Shown in pieces: positions 12,920-24,479 of a stretch of 64,000 bases of DNA. The notes under the pieces are model-generated. The model ran no database searches, had not been told where the DNA came from, and saw nothing but the letters and a program-made list of their open reading frames with translations. The position numbers were made by a program, and so were the translations under genes. The DNA is taken from contig OX597824.1 of the NCBI GenBank assembly GCA_951406725.2, forward strand, positions 73,346,001-73,410,000. Reading direction: 5' to 3'. This stretch comes from Octopus vulgaris (lineage: Eukaryota). Within the stretch, counting starts at the first letter, position 1, and every line of letters starts with the position of its first letter.

Positions 12920-13395
12920 TCCATGTTTGACTTTTGCATTATATTTGCACAAGTTAGCTCCGAGTCTCACCCAGAGACCTCAAGAGACAACAAGTTGAAA
13001 GTTCATGTTGGTGTTATGCGTAGGGTGCCATATATTTGGTTTTGTACTTAGTGTTGTACTAGTGGATGTTTAAGAAACCATAAGAAAATTATGTTTGTTT
13101 TAAAACTTGAGATTACATAGAAAGTATTTTGCGTAGGATATGAGCAGTTCCTATGAGCACTATCTTTTGAATTTCTGCCAATTTCTGGTATTTGAGTTAG
13201 GTAGCAATCAGCCCCTTTTGCTATCATTCCCAGGGCACCTATGACAACAGCTATTGTTTTAGTCTTCAGGTTCCACATTTTGCTGATTTCTATTTCAAGA
13301 TCTTTATATTTGCTCAGTTTTTGGTAGGTCTTGACAGATACGTTTATATCGATTGGGACAGTCATATCAATGAGGAGGCATGATTTTTGTTTCAT
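12920..13395 (-). mobile_element. R4/Dong-clade LINE 3' fragment (restriction-like endonuclease C-terminus)
   Basis: LLIDMTVP...KYKDLEIEISKMW...VVIGALG; flanked on both sides by (TTA)n. Confidence 0.75.
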
Positions 13396-13404
13396 TATTA
13401 TTAT

Positions 13405-13960
13405 TGAGTGAGAGAGCAGTGCATGCCATCAGAGTGATATTGAGGTATAATATACAAAGCCCAGTATACCCATCATGACTACCCATGTGATAAAGGTACA
13501 CCAGGCATATGCATCACAACCATATGTGCATGACATAATGATCTCATATCAAGATAAATAATGCATGACCTTACAGGTGGAGGCCCAGTTAGAATTTTCT
13601 TCAAGTTAAATAGCCCATCCCACTCAAAAGGTCTCTGAATAAGGTTTGTTTAAGGATGATGAACAAAACACCCATATTTCCAGAGGTGAATTATTCAAAT
13701 CCCAAAGAATTTCTCTCAACATACGGCTATGATGCTCCCCCACTACTTCTGCTCATGATCAGAGATGCTCATATTGTCAGGCTCTAAGGGACGTGCTCAA
13801 ATGGTTGTGGTCAAACAACTGTCAAGCAAATCTGTGGTATGGAGCAGAATATTTGCTGTAGGCCATCTTTTATACCAAGACAAAACAATGTACATGATAA
13901 CACTTCCAATCAATTAAGCTCAAAAACCATGAGAGCCACTACCTGGTACTGCATCAGGGC

Positions 13961-13962
<2 letters not shown>
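13405..13962 (-). mobile_element. Non-coding retroposon inserted in (TAA)n (probable non-autonomous R4/Dong partner)
   Basis: (TTA)n on both flanks; homologous fragment at about 70-232. Confidence 0.5.
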
Positions 13963-13993
<31 letters not shown>

Positions 13994-14029
13994 GCTATTA
14001 CATGCTAAATTAATTAGCAGGAATGTTAT

Positions 14030-14490
14030 CTTGAGGTTTGGTGACAACAAGCCTCCTCAAATCTCAAGAATCTTTCTTGGGATTCTTGTAGAATACAAAA
14101 TGGTATTTTTCTATATGTTGACAATGCAATATCATTCAGTTGCTTATGTAACATTTTGGGTATTGTGCCACAGGAATAATTGTTGTTTTAATCTTCCATA
14201 ATCTCTCCAGTTCTTTGGCTGGGTCCTGATATTTCTTTTTCAAATTTCTTGGGTATTGACTCTGTAATCATAAGGAACTGCAAAGTCCTCTATAATCATA
14301 TCTGGTCTTCTTGCTTCAACCGTATGGTCAGTCTTTATAGTGAAGTTCCATAAAATCCTGTAATCCTTATTCTCTATCACAACATCTGCTTCATGTTCAT
14401 ACCATTGTCTTTAAAGGCATGTCTGCACCTATACTCTTTTTGTGCTGGCTTACTACATTCCCTCAAGGAATGATTTATGCTTTCATCTTT
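14030..14490 (-). mobile_element. Decayed R4/Dong LINE fragment
   Basis: Minus strand reads WYEHEADVVIENKDYRILWNFTIKTDHTVEARRPDM. Confidence 0.7.
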
Positions 14491-15812
14491 TCCTTGCAAA
14501 TTCAGTCAATTAGATTTTAGTAAAAATAAATGCTAGCTAGATATACAATTCTGTAGATAGGCATTAGTTGATGCCATACAGAAAGAATCAGATGACAATA
14601 AATTGTATTCATGTTCAAAATGCAACAATTTTATTACAGATTTCCAAAAACGCTGAACAAATGTGTGTGGCAGCAAAACTTACAATGTGTGCCAAACATC
14701 ATTATGTGGACATACAGTCTGGCAGGAATAACTTGTGTAAGACATGAACAATTTCAGTTTCATGAATAATTTCAGTTTCACTTACTACAATTTACAGGGT
14801 CTCTAGATTGGAGCTGATATCAATTACATGATACAAAGTAGGACAAATGTTATAATGTAGATACAAATCTTGCTGGAGAAACCAATTTCAGCAAACCAGA
14901 TAAAATGATAAAATATGCCCCAAAGCTGCTTAAAAGAAACGAATGTCAAGTGAAGAACTGGGCACATGGATTCAGAGATACTAAAGGAAACTTAGCGCAG
15001 TAGTCATAATGACTAGGAAAGCAAAACAGTAACTTCCCATGTTCTAGATGAAACTGACAGAATGAGGAGCTTGAAAGTACATTGTTAACAGTTCAATGTC
15101 TTCACAGCATTTAAAACTTTTAGTTTTTAGAGGACATTTAGACTTGTGCAGAAGTTATTGATTGAATTTGTGCAAAGCCAACCTTAACTGGTCTGCATCT
15201 GTCCCAAACAACTAATTCGTGCTCCAATAAAAAAAAAAGATTTATCATGTCTTACTACAAGATCAACCCCAGTACTCAGCTAGTACTTATTTTATTGCTC
15301 CCTAAAAGGATGAAAAACAAAGTCAGCCTCAGCAGAATTTGAACTCAGGACATGAAGACGGACGAAATGCCGCAAAGCATTTTGCCCAGCATGCTAACAA
15401 TTCTGCCAGCTCGTCACCTTAACGTCACCCTAATAATTGCATCAATATTATCATTGCACCATCACCATCCTCATTGTATCACTGTGATCATTATATTTTC
15501 ATCAACATTACCACCACCATCATCATCATCATCATCATTGTCATCACTGTTGGTTTCATCATTGCATCATCACCACCACCAGTGCTTCCAATTAACATCA
15601 TCATCGTTAACTTTGATGTCATTATCATCATAGAAATCCATCACACAAGTCATTTCCATAAGCATCACCACCACCACCACCACCATAACCTTTATCGTCA
15701 TCACCATTATCATTACCCGTTATTACCACCACCACCATCATCATCATCATCAATTCACATTTCAGTCACAGTGACTGTATGATGGTCCAAGAAGCTGCGT
15801 CCAGCTTTAACG

Positions 15813-15826
15813 GTCACCATAGCAAC
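15813..15826. promoter_or_regulatory. RFX X-box consensus match
   Basis: GTCACCATAGCAAC fits GTNRCC-N2-RGYAAC and lies in an apparently non-repeat segment. Motif match only. Confidence 0.3.
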
Positions 15827-16929
15827 CAACCAACCAACGTTCCAGAGGTGTGATGTAACTGGCTTAACTCGATGACCTGTGTTGGCTGTTTGTGCTTAGC
15901 TCCCTCCCTTCTTTCCCATCCTTCTTCTCACCCGTCCTTCCTCCAGACTTTCCAATATCCACTTAGTAGAGATATGGTTGCTAATGTCGAAATAAAGGTC
16001 AACTGATTAAGATATTGGACAGAACAAGCCAAAAATCAATACAGGTCTGAGATGACATTTTTTTTTTTTTATATATTATTCCTACTTGGCAAAGATTTGT
16101 CTTCTCATAATGTGACAAACGTAACACATTAAGGAAAGCAGACTCTTGAAAAATCAAAATTATAGATTGGTAAAGTAGGCTTTCACTTTGATAAATCAAC
16201 CTTTTGCACATTGATGATGTAATAACAAATGTGTCCAATCTGTTGTTTTTTTTTGTCTGGTTTATTGTAATCCAGCAAGAAACAAACAAAGGAAACATGA
16301 ATTGAAGGAAAAGACCATCAAATTCACTTGGATCATCATTATCATCATCATTGTTATTTTACGTCTACTTTCTATGTTTGCATGGGTTGGTGGGATTGTT
16401 ACACACTGAATCAATTCTTATTTGGAGTGACTGTCCTCCTTGACAGGTCAATCTTTGCAGGCAAGAGGTGTCAGCTGCTTCAAGTGACTATTATCAGGTT
16501 TAACAATAGATTTTGAGGAAACAAAATAATAATAAAGAAGGTACAGGCATGGCTGTGTAGGTGCAGGCAAACTTGTGTTGGCACAGGTGTGACTGTGCAG
16601 GTGCAGGCGTGACTGTAGGTGCAGGTGTGACTGTGCAGGCACAAAAACAAAAGGAAAAGAAAACAAGTACACTCAAACTCCCTCCAGCCACGTAGAAAAG
16701 AAAAAAATTTGTACTGTAATGATATATGACGATTCAAATGAGGAATTATGTAAGGAGGTAATGACATGGGAAGAGTGTAAAAAAAGTGGAAACAGAGGGG
16801 TAAGACAATTTTAAGAGGTGGCACCAATGTGTGGTAACCATTGAGGAACAAAAGGTGAGGTTGGCAAGGCATGAAAGTGGATATGATTGGTGGGATGCAG
16901 AACTTGACTGGAACAAACTACCAGACCTT

Positions 16930-17200
16930 TTAACATATGAATTCCTTCTATGCTGATTCTTGTAGCTCTTGGTCCTCAGTAAGTGGGCAGAAGCACCACT
17001 TCCTCACTCTTGATGGATGTCACGTCCTTGAACCTCACCTCCACTACTCCAAACATCGAACCTCTTGCGAAGTACACAATATCACTCCATATCAGTCTCA
17101 GAGCCTTTTCCGCCTGGACCATAGTCGCAATGTCAATTTTTCCTTTAACATTGTTGGAAGAGCATGATGTAGACATTTTAGAAGGTTCAGGGTATAAGAG
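16930..17200 (-). mobile_element. Probable LINE ORF1 (L1/Tx1-like) remnant
   Basis: QAEKALRLIWSDIVYFARGSMFGVVEVRF...VVLLPTY*GPRATRISIEGI. Resemblance only; contains an in-frame stop. Confidence 0.35.
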
Positions 17201-17339
17201 GTGTTAAAAGGCAGAAATGGAGTTGCTTGGAGATAGGGCCGGGTAGTTTCATTGCATTTTTCTCATTTTCATTATCATCCCATCATCTCATACTTTGATT
17301 TGATTTTTTCTTTTTTTTTTTTTCTTTTATGTCCCCACA

Positions 17340-19731
17340 TGTTATGTATTGTCCCATCTGTGTTCGCTCCATTTGGGTAATAAAAAATCAATGGGTTTTT
17401 TTCAATGTTTGAAGAGAAGTTTGCACCTTAGTTTTTAATGAAATGTTGTCAGCAAGTAGTGATTCCGACTTTGAAGGTTTTACTCTTGACGATATAGAAA
17501 ATATAAATGAAAACAAGAGTATTTTGTCTTCAGACGAGGAAGATTTTGAGAAAGAGAATGATGAAAGTGATATCATAAACATGGCAACATAGTCAAAGAT
17601 TACAACACCAATCACTATTCCTGATTTCACAGAAAACACTGGTCCACAACACAGTTTATCTCCTGATGCTCAACCATTGGACAATCTATTTTTGTTTTTA
17701 CCGGAAAGTTTTTTTGAAAAATGTTACAGAGGAAACAAACAAATATACAGAACATATAATTTCTATTCGCAGAAGAAACGATCCACTATGGCAGCCGAAT
17801 TTTACTGTGGAAATGGGAGCATTTTTTACAATCAATATTATGTTTGGTGTTAAACAGTTTCCTCAATTATGGATCTACTGGAGTCCTGATATAAGGTATG
17901 GCGATCCATATATCTCAAATATAATGTCGAAGATGAGGTATTCAAAAATATCTCAGTATTTACATTTAATTGATTCTGCTAATGCCCCTAGCAAAAATGA
18001 CCCAAACTATGATCCCCTATACAAAGTACATCCTGTAATTGATTTACTCCTTAATCATTATAAAACTGTATCTACCTGGGAAAAATCTCAGTGTAAATGA
18101 AATCATGATAGGCTATAAGGGCAGAGTACATTTTCAGCAGTACATGCCTGCCAAACCCACTAAATGGGGGATCAAGGTGTGGGAAGTTTGTGAATCAGAC
18201 ACTGGATCTAGTGTAAACTTAGATGTTTACACAGGTAAAAAATATAATGGAAACAGACCATATGGATTGGGATATGATGTTGTATGGTTTTTTACTGAAC
18301 CATTTCACCATCACCGACACCTCTATTTTGACCGTTTTGTTTTCTTCGGTGGCTTTGGCAGAAAATCTTGCCCATGTAAGTACATACATGTGCAATACTG
18401 TTGTGGGCAACTGTAAAGGTTTACCCCATGAAATGAAAACAAAATTTTAAAAAAGAGGGGACATTTTACAAATGCAAAAGGAAAATTTATTAGCTACTGC
18501 TTTCAAAGACAAAAGACAGATTTTATTTCTGTCTACTAATGAACAACCTGGTGTTGGTGCTGAGGGGGAAACCTCTAGTAAATATTTGTTATAACAAATA
18601 TATGGGTGGGGGTTGATAAATCTGACCAATATCGGGCTTATTACCCAGTTGGTTGACCTGGGGGAAAATGGTGGAGGTACATTTTGTGGGTTTTAGTTAA
18701 TTTAACTATAGTTAATTCATATATTGTATATGTAAAAAGCCAATAAGGTACCTCTGCCACCAAAGGACTACGACCATTTGGAATTTCGGGTTGAAAGCAC
18801 ATCTCAATTACGTGAAGGCTTTTCTTCTTGAAAGCACATAAGTGAGAGAAAGGCAAAATTAACTGAGGTGGATGTCACCAGAGAAATATTGACTGTCGTG
18901 GAGTCAAAAAGATAAATAGAAGAAAAAAGTTTGCAGACTGTTTGCTGTAAAAAAGAAAATCTGCAGATTGAGACTTCATATGTGTGTTCCTTTTGCAAAG
19001 TGCACTTGTGTAAAGGGTGCTTTGGGCAGTTTCATGACAGAAATATGTCATAACTATATTATTTTATCATATAGTCCTTTTCATTTTATTATAAATAATG
19101 TGAAAGTGAGAAATAATATTAATTTTCAGTATGTTACTCACCTGTATTCACCTTTGTCTCACCTGTTAAAGAGCTTTTTTTATTAGATGCTGTCTGTTAC
19201 ATAAATGAATTCATTAAATTGTATAAGAGTACATAGCCAATGGAATATTGACTAGTAAAAGAGTTTTGTACTTTATTTTCAATGAAAATGTTTGAATGAA
19301 ATATAAAGAAAGAATAAAATCGTGTACCAATTACACCTGTGTTTTAATTAATTCAAATTAATGTACCTCATCTTGAAAAATGTAAAATTGTTGGCAGTTG
19401 ACATCTGGGATAATTTTAGTAACAAATCAAACAGGTAAGATGCATAAAAGATATGAATTTTAGTGTTTATTCATAATGTTATTGGTTTTACACATGTTAA
19501 TTAAATTTACCTGCCTGTAAAAGTCAAATTTAATCAGAAAGCTCAGCTAAAATTATGTAACTATAAGTCACTGGCATATAAGCACCCATTTACAAAATTT
19601 CAAATCTGTATGTAGAAAATTAACAAAGTTACAAGCAAATATTGTGGCCACCCTACTTGAACCTGAATAAATCAAAATTAATGTGAACAGATAAGCATTA
19701 TATTTGGCAAATTAATCTGAACACTAAATGG
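17340..19731 (+). mobile_element. piggyBac element with right end retained and left end not found
   Basis: Transposase followed by ...TTAATCTGAACACTAAATGG-TTAA at 19712-19735. Confidence 0.75.
17390..19053 (+). pseudogene. piggyBac transposase (PGBD4-like, DDE_Tnp_1_7), frameshifted
   Basis: Acidic N-terminus SDSDFEGF; DPLYKV; LSVNEIMI (first catalytic D appears as N); YMPAKPTKWGIK; LYFDRF; YMGGVDKSDQ; C-terminal CSFCKVHLCKGCF. Several frameshifts. Confidence 0.92.
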
Positions 19732-19904
19732 TTAAGCTAAATAAACAAAGAATCTCTCAAATTTTGGTACCACCACTAGCAAGTGCAGTGTAGATAATGC
19801 ATGTAAACACACAGTACACACAATGCCACTTGTGGTCACACAGTGAAGTAGGTTGTTGGGAGGTACTGTCCTTCAGTTGCCCCCAAAAAATCAGTTGTGT
19901 ATCT

Positions 19905-20275
19905 GAATTAATGCATTTGAGCTTTGGTTGTTGGAGAAGACTTTTACGGATTCCATGGACAGCGAGGCTCACTAATGGAGAAGTTCTTAAGCAGATCAGG
20001 CCGAAAATGTCGCTAGAAGCTAGGATCACCAAGCATAGATTGGCATATTTTGGTCATATTATGCGGAGAAAATCCCTGGAGAAGGATATCATGCTCGGAA
20101 TGGTCAGTGGCAAGAGAGGAAGAGGCCGACCAAGAACCCGCTGGCTGGACACCATCAAGAGTGATACCAGAATGGACATAGCCAATCTGAAAGAAGCAGC
20201 CCAGGATAGAACTGACTGGAGGACACTGATCCATCGAGTAACCGAGAGTCAACTTCGACTGAGCAGATAGATAGT
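19905..20275 (+). mobile_element. RTE (BovB-like) LINE 3' end
   Basis: CWRRLLRIPWTARLTN...YFGHIMRR...GKRGRGRPRTRWLD...RVTESQLRL. Confidence 0.9.
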
Positions 20276-20309
20276 ATCTGTATCTATTATCCAAGCTCAC
20301 TTACATGTA

Positions 20310-20526
20310 CAAGGGGGTGCTGAAAAGTTCCTGGCTTTAAGGATATTGTGAAAGGCCTATTGGGAGGCCCAACGTTGCAAGTTTTTTTACAGAGGTTATA
20401 TAAACTGAATGACCAATGCAATAAATGTGTGAATCTGAGAGGGCAATATATTGAATAAAATCACAATTAACTGATCCCCCTGTATTTTCTTTTACCCATA
20501 ACCAGGAATTTTTCAGCACCCCCTTG
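20310..20526. mobile_element. mariner-derived MITE
   Basis: 25-bp TIR CAAGGGGGTGCTGAAAA(G/A)TTCCTGG with one mismatch, TA on both sides. Confidence 0.9.
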
Positions 20527-21462
20527 TAACAAAGAGCTAAAATCCCTAAAATAATGTTATGTTTTTCTCTAATAGTGATAATATATTAAACATTTGGTAC
20601 AACAAGCAAACGTCTACCATGGAATTACTGCCGCCAACCTTCAGTATGAAAGACTAATATGTAATACTTCCATTGTTATAAATTCTAAATACATTCATTA
20701 TCTGAATATAAACATAAAATGCCATACTTCTCTTCCCAAAATACTATATTATTATAAACTATCATTGTACATATTTCTATTGAAAAAATATATATATTTG
20801 ATAATGAAAATATTTAGATGGAAATATAATGAAAGTGCTTACATTCTATATTATGTCTTTTATATCCTTCCATACTGATAGCTGAAGACAACCCGTTTGT
20901 ATTGCTATGTCCGCATCGGAAATTGTATCAATCAATGTCTGATTAAATACAACAAATTTTACTCATAATTGTTGATAGCAAATAACCGGATAATAAAACT
21001 GACATTGAGAGTAATAAAAAATAGTTTTTGTGTTTCTATCTAGACTGGAATTTGCACTTTAAATAGATGCTGTATCATGAGATGCCAACATGATTTATGT
21101 TCCATGAAATTATATACAAAATATTGGATGGAGTATTCAATTATTTATTCTATTTATTTTTTTAACTTTTTCACTTCTCAAAAATTTCAAATGCTGTCTA
21201 TTATTTTATCAAGATTCTGGTTCAAAAAATTTTTTTTGAACTTATTTATTAACTTTTCAAAAATTTTCAGATATAACCCTTGGAGTGACTACACTCTCAG
21301 AGTGGTTGGCGTTAGGAAGGGCATCCAACTGTAAGAAACTCTGCCAGATCAAGATTGGAGCCTGGTGCAGCCATCTGGTTCGTCAGTCCTCAGTCAAATC
21401 GTCCAACCCATGCTAGCATGGAAAGCAGACATTAAACATTGATGATGATGATAACCCTGATA

Positions 21463-22250
21463 TATTGGGTCATCCCATAAATAATGCAATTTTTCCAATT
21501 GCATGAACTAAAAGTCAGAGGGGGACAGGATAAACTACCTGCATCAACTTGCTATAAAAGCAGGTAGTAATTTTGCCTTGAACTTATTCTTAGTGCAAGT
21601 TTTGAGGAGTGCAGTTCAATATTAACAGTTATTTTTTCAAAGCTATAATGTAAGTGACAAAGGAACATATTTTGCTTTATGAGTTCAATAAAGGCAACAA
21701 CGCAACGGAAAGTGCGAGGAATATTAATGCAGTATATGGGTATCGGACAATAAGTGTAAGCCAGTGTCAATGGTAGTTCCAGAAATTCAGAGCCAGAAAC
21801 TACAGCCTAGAAGACAAGCCTCATCCTGGGAGACCTGCAGAGCTCAACAAGAATGTCCTGCGAACCCTGGTGGAACAAAATCCCATCGTAACTGTTGAGG
21901 AACTAGCAGAGAAGCTTGAATTCAGTCACTCAACCATTCATCAACACTTGTATGCCATCAGAAAAGTCAGCAAATTGGGTCAATGGGTTCCTCACAAACT
22001 TTCCAAGTCTAATCACGCACAGAGAGTGAATGTGTGCTTTTCTTTGATGTCACATCTCACGAATGAACCTTTTTGGACCAAATAATGACTGGTGACAAGA
22101 AATGGGTTCTCTATAAAAATGTCAAGAGCCAAAGACAGTGGGTAGGGAAAGGAGAAACACCGGCACCCCAGGCTAAAGAAGGTCTTCACCCACATAAGGT
22201 GTTATTATCTATTTGATGGGATATGAACTTTTAAACCCAAACCAAATTAT
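21463..22250 (+). pseudogene. mariner transposon, 5' part (3'-truncated)
   Basis: LYEFNKG, HPGRP, WVPHKL and IMTGDKKW motifs with stops and frameshifts; TA-TTGGGTCATCCCATAA left end. Confidence 0.88.
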
Positions 22251-22866
22251 GATATTTTGAATGCAACATCTTTTCACTGAACTGCTAAAGATTCAAAGAA
22301 GTATTTATGAACTGCAGTCAAACTCTTTATGTCTTCATTTTTCATTACCTGAAGTCAATTTCAGGGTGGTTGTACACTGTATGCACATAGCAAATACATT
22401 CCTTTAACTCTACTTTTTCAAGTAGCTATTACATTGCCATTTTTGAACGTACCAATCATACTTCTCTCAAAAAAAATAGCTCCCTTTGCTGTTGAATAAA
22501 ATAAACTTGCAGAGGGAAAGTTTCAACATCTTCCTTCAATTTCTTTACACCATTTAATGTGGCTGTTTCTGACAAAAAATTTCACTTTCGTGTAAAACAG
22601 CTATATTTTGTAGTCATTATCTGTTATCTACTCCCAAAACACTTCAGTAGCTCTATTTTGCATCACTTGCAAACTTATATGTTCTATGAACATTAAAGTG
22701 CAACAACTTCCACAATAACCAGCCTTCAATTTGGTTTTCTGTTCCTAGGTTAACCAGAAACTTAGATTGCCATGCTACTCATTAACCTTCTCTGTAGTTA
22801 AATTATTTGGTGAAAAAAATACCACCAAAGCAACTTAAACCATCCAAAAGACAAGTGTGTTTGCTA

Positions 22867-22897
<31 letters not shown>

Positions 22898-22967
22898 TTA
22901 AGGGTAGAAATTGATATTAGTCAATTAAAACCAGTGGTCTAGGATATTAAAAAGAATCCGAAGATTA

Positions 22968-23009
<42 letters not shown>

Positions 23010-23010
<1 letters not shown>

Positions 23011-23352
23011 GTGTAAAGACCCCCTTTGGTCATGAATGAACATGGGAGTGTACCTAGAAAGTTATCCTTCAAGGCACAAATCCAGGGAAGGTTGTTTTAT
23101 GGAAGACCAGCAGTTGCCCATGCATACCAGCCTCTCCTCTCCACACCACCGATGTTATCCAAGGGAAAGGCAAAGGCCAATACAGCTTCGCACCAGTGAC
23201 ATAGCAACTTATTTCTACAGCTGAGTGAGCTGGAGCAACATGAAATAAAGTGTCTTGCCCAAGAATACAACACACAGCCTGGTCCAAGAATTGAACTCAC
23301 TATCTTATGATTGTGAGCCTGATGCTCTAACCACTGAGCCATGCATCTTCAC
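23010..23352 (-). mobile_element. tRNA-derived SINE S5
   Basis: Minus strand TGGCTCAGTGG and GAGTTCAATTC boxes; homologous to 51440-51770. Confidence 0.8.
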
Positions 23353-23384
<32 letters not shown>

Positions 23385-23992
23385 TAATGTTTTCATAAAC
23401 AATCTCCACTTTTACAATTTCAATTGTTAATCTTAAATCTATACACACTCATTCAGAAAAGCAGAAATTCCACAGATGTTGTTTCAACCAAATAGAGAAA
23501 AATCATCATGATCTTTGTAATTAAATGATTTAGATGTGATAGGGTATCCATATTACAAAGAGAAAAAGTTAAAATATCAGCATTCTGCATCATATCTTTT
23601 ATAACTTTCCTTATTGTGTAATTCCTGCTTTTTTCACTTCTTTATATTATTGTAAATATGTTCCTCTTGACTATCAATTATTTTAAAACACATGCAAATT
23701 TATTCCATTAATATTTATTGATTTATAATAATATATTGAAGTGTAATACATTAGTAATTGATCTCTTAAATACTGTGTATATATTTTATGATGCTTATAC
23801 ATCAATTTAGTATGTGAATATATATATATGTTTATTCAGGCAGCTTTTTCCCCTTCTACATGATTGATTTTTTATTGTTTTTGTGGTGGGGTTTCTTAGT
23901 TTTTCTTTCATTTCATTCCTATTTCATTTCTTTTCTCCAGATCTGAAAGATTTCCCATCTTCACTCGGTGTTATGTTTGAAGGAAAGGAATT

Positions 23993-24117
23993 CTATTTGT
24001 GTCTATCCAGATTGCCTCCTGTGAGTTTGGCCAAAGACAAGTGTGATGTCATTGTAACTAAACCAAGCATCCCTTTCACTGAACTCTTCCATCCTCTTTT
24101 GTTAGACCCTTCACCAG
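23993..24117 (-). CDS. Candidate terminal exon of an unidentified small minus-strand gene
   Basis: Acceptor TCTCTTTTATTTGGTTTCACATTGGTTCTTGTCAG. Only the phase-1 frame stays open for long (40 aa to TAG), matching the phase of exon 36791-36851. AATAAA lies about 120 nt downstream. Confidence 0.3.
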
Positions 24118-24271
24118 CTGACAAGAACCAATGTGAAACCAAATAAAAGAGATTATTGTTGTTTTTGTTAACATATTTGTATCTTTGGTTTATTTTCCTC
24201 ACCATACATACATTACCTCTTTCCCCATACTATCATAGATGAAATAATGCCTTAGAAATATATATATATAT

Positions 24272-24458
24272 AGGGAGAGTTTACGAAAAAAACAAAAGAC
24301 GAAGACAGGTGGTGTACAAAACAAACAGATGTATTAGTATAACACTCAGGAATAGAAAAAGTCTTTTACGTTTCGAGCCTATGCTCTTCTACAGAAAGGG
24401 ACACAAAAAACAAGGAGAGAAAAAAATGTGTGTAGTGGCTAACGATCTATCGTGGCGA
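24272..24458 (-). mobile_element. Penelope-type pLTR fragment with hammerhead-like core
   Basis: Minus strand CTTT-CTGTAGA-A-GAGC(ATAG)GCTC-GAAAC-GTA-AAAG; abuts (TA)n; partial copy at 29400-29462. Confidence 0.55.
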
Positions 24459-24479
24459 TAGATTCAATATATATATTGA

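Noticed and set aside
14786-14925. Minus-strand exon candidate with a good acceptor and GTAAGT donor
   Set aside because: Stops in all three frames; could only be non-coding, and there is no further support.
15352-15782. His/Ile/Ser-rich ORFs
   Set aside because: (CAT/CAC)n microsatellite fused to an S4 SINE.
16541-16642. 18-20-bp degenerate repeat encoding TVTPAP
   Set aside because: Short minisatellite with no splice or domain support.
17388-17639. Minus-strand ORF, and the idea of a domesticated PGBD gene
   Set aside because: The ORF is the antisense of the acidic piggyBac N-terminus. The transposase has frameshifts and a D-to-N change at the first catalytic residue.
20876-20935. CTGAAGA...GGAAA hammerhead-like motif
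   Set aside because: Stems II and III cannot be formed convincingly.
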